NCBI GenBank assembly: GCA_965214775.1
Contig: OZ243974.1
Location: 512,001-576,000, forward strand
DNA: 64,000 bases
DNA from: Nitrosopumilus sp.
GTDB taxonomy: Archaea > Thermoproteota > Nitrososphaeria > Nitrososphaerales > Nitrosopumilaceae
Direction: 5' to 3'
Every line of letters starts with the position of its first letter. Within the stretch, counting starts at the first letter, position 1. The translations under genes and the position numbers were made by a program. Under the pieces are notes generated by a model that was not told the origin of the DNA, did not search any database, and saw only the letters and a list, made by a program, of their open reading frames with translations. Of this stretch, positions 61,147-64,000 are shown one piece after another.

Positions 61147-61365
61147 ATGGCCTAATTAATCACAACTAATAAGGCTAGCAATTGGAAGGTCTTCGGCAAA
61201 GGCGGATCACCTTGTCTCCCACCTCTGCCACCCGGATCATGGTCTCGACAAAGCTTGACGTAAACAGGATACATGTGACGTCGACGGACATGGCCCGGTA
61301 GGCCTCTACGGATTTGTGGTCGACAATTGGGCTCGTAGCCACACGGTATGTGTCCCTTGTTGCCT

Positions 61366-61453
61366 TAGTGCGTGCAGTTGAAAATGGAATATTTTTTTGG
61401 CGAAATAGGCACGATGTGTCAAAATCATATTCCATTTTTTGGTGTTGGTACTA
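61366..61453 (+). mobile_element. MITE family B (88 bp)
   Basis: Near-identical to 33247-33334. Confidence 0.8.
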
Positions 61454-61560
61454 CTTTATACGCGTTATCTGATGCTGTCAGTCCTGCATGCATGGTCGGT
61501 TTTCAAAGATAATACTTCAATCCAGGTTGATTACGCATAGATCTTATTTTTACTAACTCA

Positions 61561-61980
61561 TCATTTTAATAATATTGAATAAACTAAAGATGCTAATCCA
61601 ATCAGAATAGCTGCCACAACACCAATTTTTGTCCATTTTGAACTACTTTCAGCCTGATCAAGTTCACGTTGTTTTAACTTTCTCGCATTTTCTTTTTGTT
61701 TTTCCTGTTCCGTTACCCATTTGGGATTAAAAAGAGTTCGAAGTGCTTTCTTTCCTTTCGAAGTAATTCTGATCCCAACAGCATGTTCTTTATCCCCAAA
61801 ATCTATTTTAATTTTTTCTAGATATTCATCATCGATAAGATATTGCACTTCAGAAGATACTAAAGTTTTATCTAACCCTAATTCCTCAGCAATCACATCT
61901 CCCCAAAGACCAGCTGTAGAAGATGATTCAGTATGTTTCAAATATGCTTCAAGAACAGTTTTCCTTAATTCGTCATTCAT
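61561..61980 (-). CDS. Winged-helix-like protein with C-terminal TM helix
   Basis: IAEELGLD...VQYLIDDEYL...RITSKG; C-terminal IGVVAAILIGLASLVYSILL. Confidence 0.6.
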   Translation of the reverse strand: MNDELRKTVLEAYLKHTESSSTAGLWGDVIAEELGLDKTLVSSEVQYLIDDEYLEKIKIDFGDKEHAVGIRITSKGKKALRTLFNPKWVTEQEKQKENARKLKQRELDQAESSSKWTKIGVVAAILIGLASLVYSILLK

Positions 61981-62124
61981 ATTCTGTTTTTCGATCTGGT
62001 CAATATATGAATCGTGTTAAATGTAGGATGGATTTCCAATTCCTTTGAGAATATCTTTTAATTCAAAGGTTCTTCAGTCCATGAATCCTACCCATGAATC
62101 AAAATTTCCCGTTCATGCCTGATT

Positions 62125-62568
62125 TTACGGAGGATCTGATGTTGGACGTCTAAACCACATCAGAATCCTGTGTATCAGACCTCCCGATTGTTTCACATCC
62201 TTGTCTGTAGTCTTTTGCCTCTGCGATTCCCCATAATACTTGTCTTTCGCCATCCGATCCGCCACACGGCCTCTTTTTATCTCAAGCTCACTCCATTTTT
62301 TGCCCCAAATAATTCTGTTCTTTTTTATAACATAATGTGACTTGCATGGAAGGCTCCAGTTTCCTATTGACGGCTGTATTGTTACTGTGTAGCCGTCCCA
62401 GGTCAAGGTCCAATCAGTCGGTCCGATCGGAGTTACAACGATCTCACGGCATCCGCATGCACACATATGGGTTGCCGTTGCGTATGGAATGGAAATATAC
62501 AGTACGCCCTCTTTTACCTCTTCTGGAACAAAGTCAGTAAACTCGTGCCTGATTTTGTCCAGCTTCAT
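62125..62568 (-). CDS. DUF6527-like protein
   Basis: HMCACGC...VTPI...W...PSIGNWSLPCKSHY motif. Confidence 0.75.
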   Translation of the reverse strand: MKLDKIRHEFTDFVPEEVKEGVLYISIPYATATHMCACGCREIVVTPIGPTDWTLTWDGYTVTIQPSIGNWSLPCKSHYVIKKNRIIWGKKWSELEIKRGRVADRMAKDKYYGESQRQKTTDKDVKQSGGLIHRILMWFRRPTSDPP

Positions 62569-63736
62569 TTACACCCTCATCGTTGGTAATGATGTTTATC
62601 TCTATGCCATAGACAGCATTGTGTTCGCATTCAAAATCATGATAAAACCCTCGTATTTTTTTCCACTTGATGACCGCAAGGGTGGCAGTTAGTGCGTTTA
62701 GATCTGCGATTTGGATATTTGTAGAGTATTCATCGTCTTTCACATCATCAAAAGGAATTCTTTTTACTACATCAACATGAGAGACAGGAATGCACGTAGT
62801 TATCCGGGCTGAACCTATAAGGGATCCACTTTCGCTACAAATACCAATCCCAGTATCAATAAACGGGATCTTGTTCTCTACGAGATGATCCACCATGTCT
62901 TGTCGCGATTTGCCATTGTCGATGCAAATGAATACAAAATCCATGGAATCTAACTCTGACATGTTTGAGTCGTTGACACTATATGGGTGTGGAATTATTT
63001 TTCTTCTCATCCTAGAATAAATTTCTGTAAACCAGTTCACTTTTGCCTGTTTTTTCGACAAATCATTTAATGATGGCGCCCCAGGCGAACGAAATGCGTT
63101 ATGTTGCAGAAACGCATCACCATCAAACAGGTGAATCTCCCTTACGGGGGTCTTGGCAACAAGATCTAGCACATATGCACCGGTTCCTCCTAACCCGACA
63201 ACAGCAATTTTGTCTTTCAGCTTTTCACTGATATGCGATATTTCAGAACGGCTTGATGCCGTATCCAGATAACAGAAAACAGATTCCTCTGTAGTTAAAG
63301 GAATACTGGGAAACGTAGTGGCAGTGACTTCTGGTTTTATGGCCTTAGCTTGGTTTGTCAATATTGCAATATAACTTGCCATCTTTTGATAATAGTCAGC
63401 ATATCCATCCCTTGGTTTTTGAGAAAAAGAGTAATCAGTAACCAGTCCGTTACTAATTGGTTTCTTTTCAGACCCATTGACTAGATCAGTCAACTGAACA
63501 CCATTAGAATCGCACGGGAATTCGCCAACCCAAAGTGCAACATGCGTATCTGGTTTTGCAGTAGAGACCCCCGACAGATTCAGTGTCGAAACGAGTTTTC
63601 CACATGCTACTTGTTTGCTGTCATTTACATATGGAATGTGATGAACTATCAGGTAACCCCCAGATATTTCCACCTCATAGCCTTCATTCCGAAGCCGTTT
63701 TAAATCGGCGCTACGATTTATCAGTTCTTGTGACAC
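62534..63736 (-). CDS. E2-like N-terminal domain - ThiF/E1 fusion
   Basis: N-terminal LKRLRNEGY...IPYV...DTH...GEFPC...FSQKP..GY.DYY.K; VGLGGTG, FDGD...HNAFR, FICID and IDTG. Confidence 0.85.
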   Translation of the reverse strand: MSQELINRSADLKRLRNEGYEVEISGGYLIVHHIPYVNDSKQVACGKLVSTLNLSGVSTAKPDTHVALWVGEFPCDSNGVQLTDLVNGSEKKPISNGLVTDYSFSQKPRDGYADYYQKMASYIAILTNQAKAIKPEVTATTFPSIPLTTEESVFCYLDTASSRSEISHISEKLKDKIAVVGLGGTGAYVLDLVAKTPVREIHLFDGDAFLQHNAFRSPGAPSLNDLSKKQAKVNWFTEIYSRMRRKIIPHPYSVNDSNMSELDSMDFVFICIDNGKSRQDMVDHLVENKIPFIDTGIGICSESGSLIGSARITTCIPVSHVDVVKRIPFDDVKDDEYSTNIQIADLNALTATLAVIKWKKIRGFYHDFECEHNAVYGIEINIITNDEGVNEAGQNQARVY

Positions 63737-63962
63737 TAAAAACCATGCCGTCCTTTACTTCTACTTTTTGTCCGTCAACAAGAGTTCCTTGGGGATTCTC
63801 TTTAGGGCCATGACCGTATTGAACAGTGAATACTTCGGTTTCTTTGTGGGGTGGAGGAAATGCCAGATCAACCACTTGTGAATAGCTGATTATTTCCTCA
63901 TTCCAAGATTTTGGTTTGGCGTTGACGATTATCTTGAATTGTTTGTTATCATGTATTTCCAT
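63711..63962 (-). CDS. Multi-ubiquitin-type ubiquitin-like protein
   Basis: FKIIVNA...ISYSQVVDLAF...TVQY..GP...GTL..G..V.VKDGMVFSVTRTDKS. Confidence 0.8.
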   Translation of the reverse strand: MEIHDNKQFKIIVNAKPKSWNEEIISYSQVVDLAFPPPHKETEVFTVQYGHGPKENPQGTLVDGQKVEVKDGMVFSVTRTDKS

Positions 63963-64000
63963 ACTGTATTATACGGTAATAGTACCTTATAAATGTGAAC

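Noticed and set aside
61175-61435. 86-aa ORF
   Set aside because: Its N-terminus is MITE B sequence (same peptide as 10636-10884); the remainder is an unassignable fragment.

Overview
Archaeal DNA, most likely from an ammonia-oxidising Nitrosopumilaceae genome. This rests on argH, sdhABCD, padR, an ICL/PEP-mutase gene, alba, tRNA-Pro and a thaumarchaeal-type C-terminal surface-protein motif. The serpin/subtilase pair and heavy IS/MITE load suggest, but do not prove, a host-associated lineage. Two short core blocks (about 11.8-16.9 kb and 30.3-32.9 kb) are surrounded by accessory DNA. Main finding: a 13.3-kb element between sdhA and padR, bounded by 53-bp inverted repeats. It carries an IS6-like transposase and an apparent invertible restriction-modification specificity switch. 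An expressed N6-adenine methyltransferase gene and a start-less alternative C-terminal half share a perfect 194-bp inverted repeat, with an intact tyrosine recombinase, a GHKL ATPase and a PLD-SNF2 helicase inside the 8.3-kb invertible segment. Also present: two different bacterial-type ubiquitin-like conjugation operons, a nuclease-STAND-like ATPase, HicBA, a subtilase-serpin pair, a two-component system flanked by inverted repeats, IS481/IS110/IS630 elements and at least five MITE families. All calls are from motif reading by eye; no searches were run.
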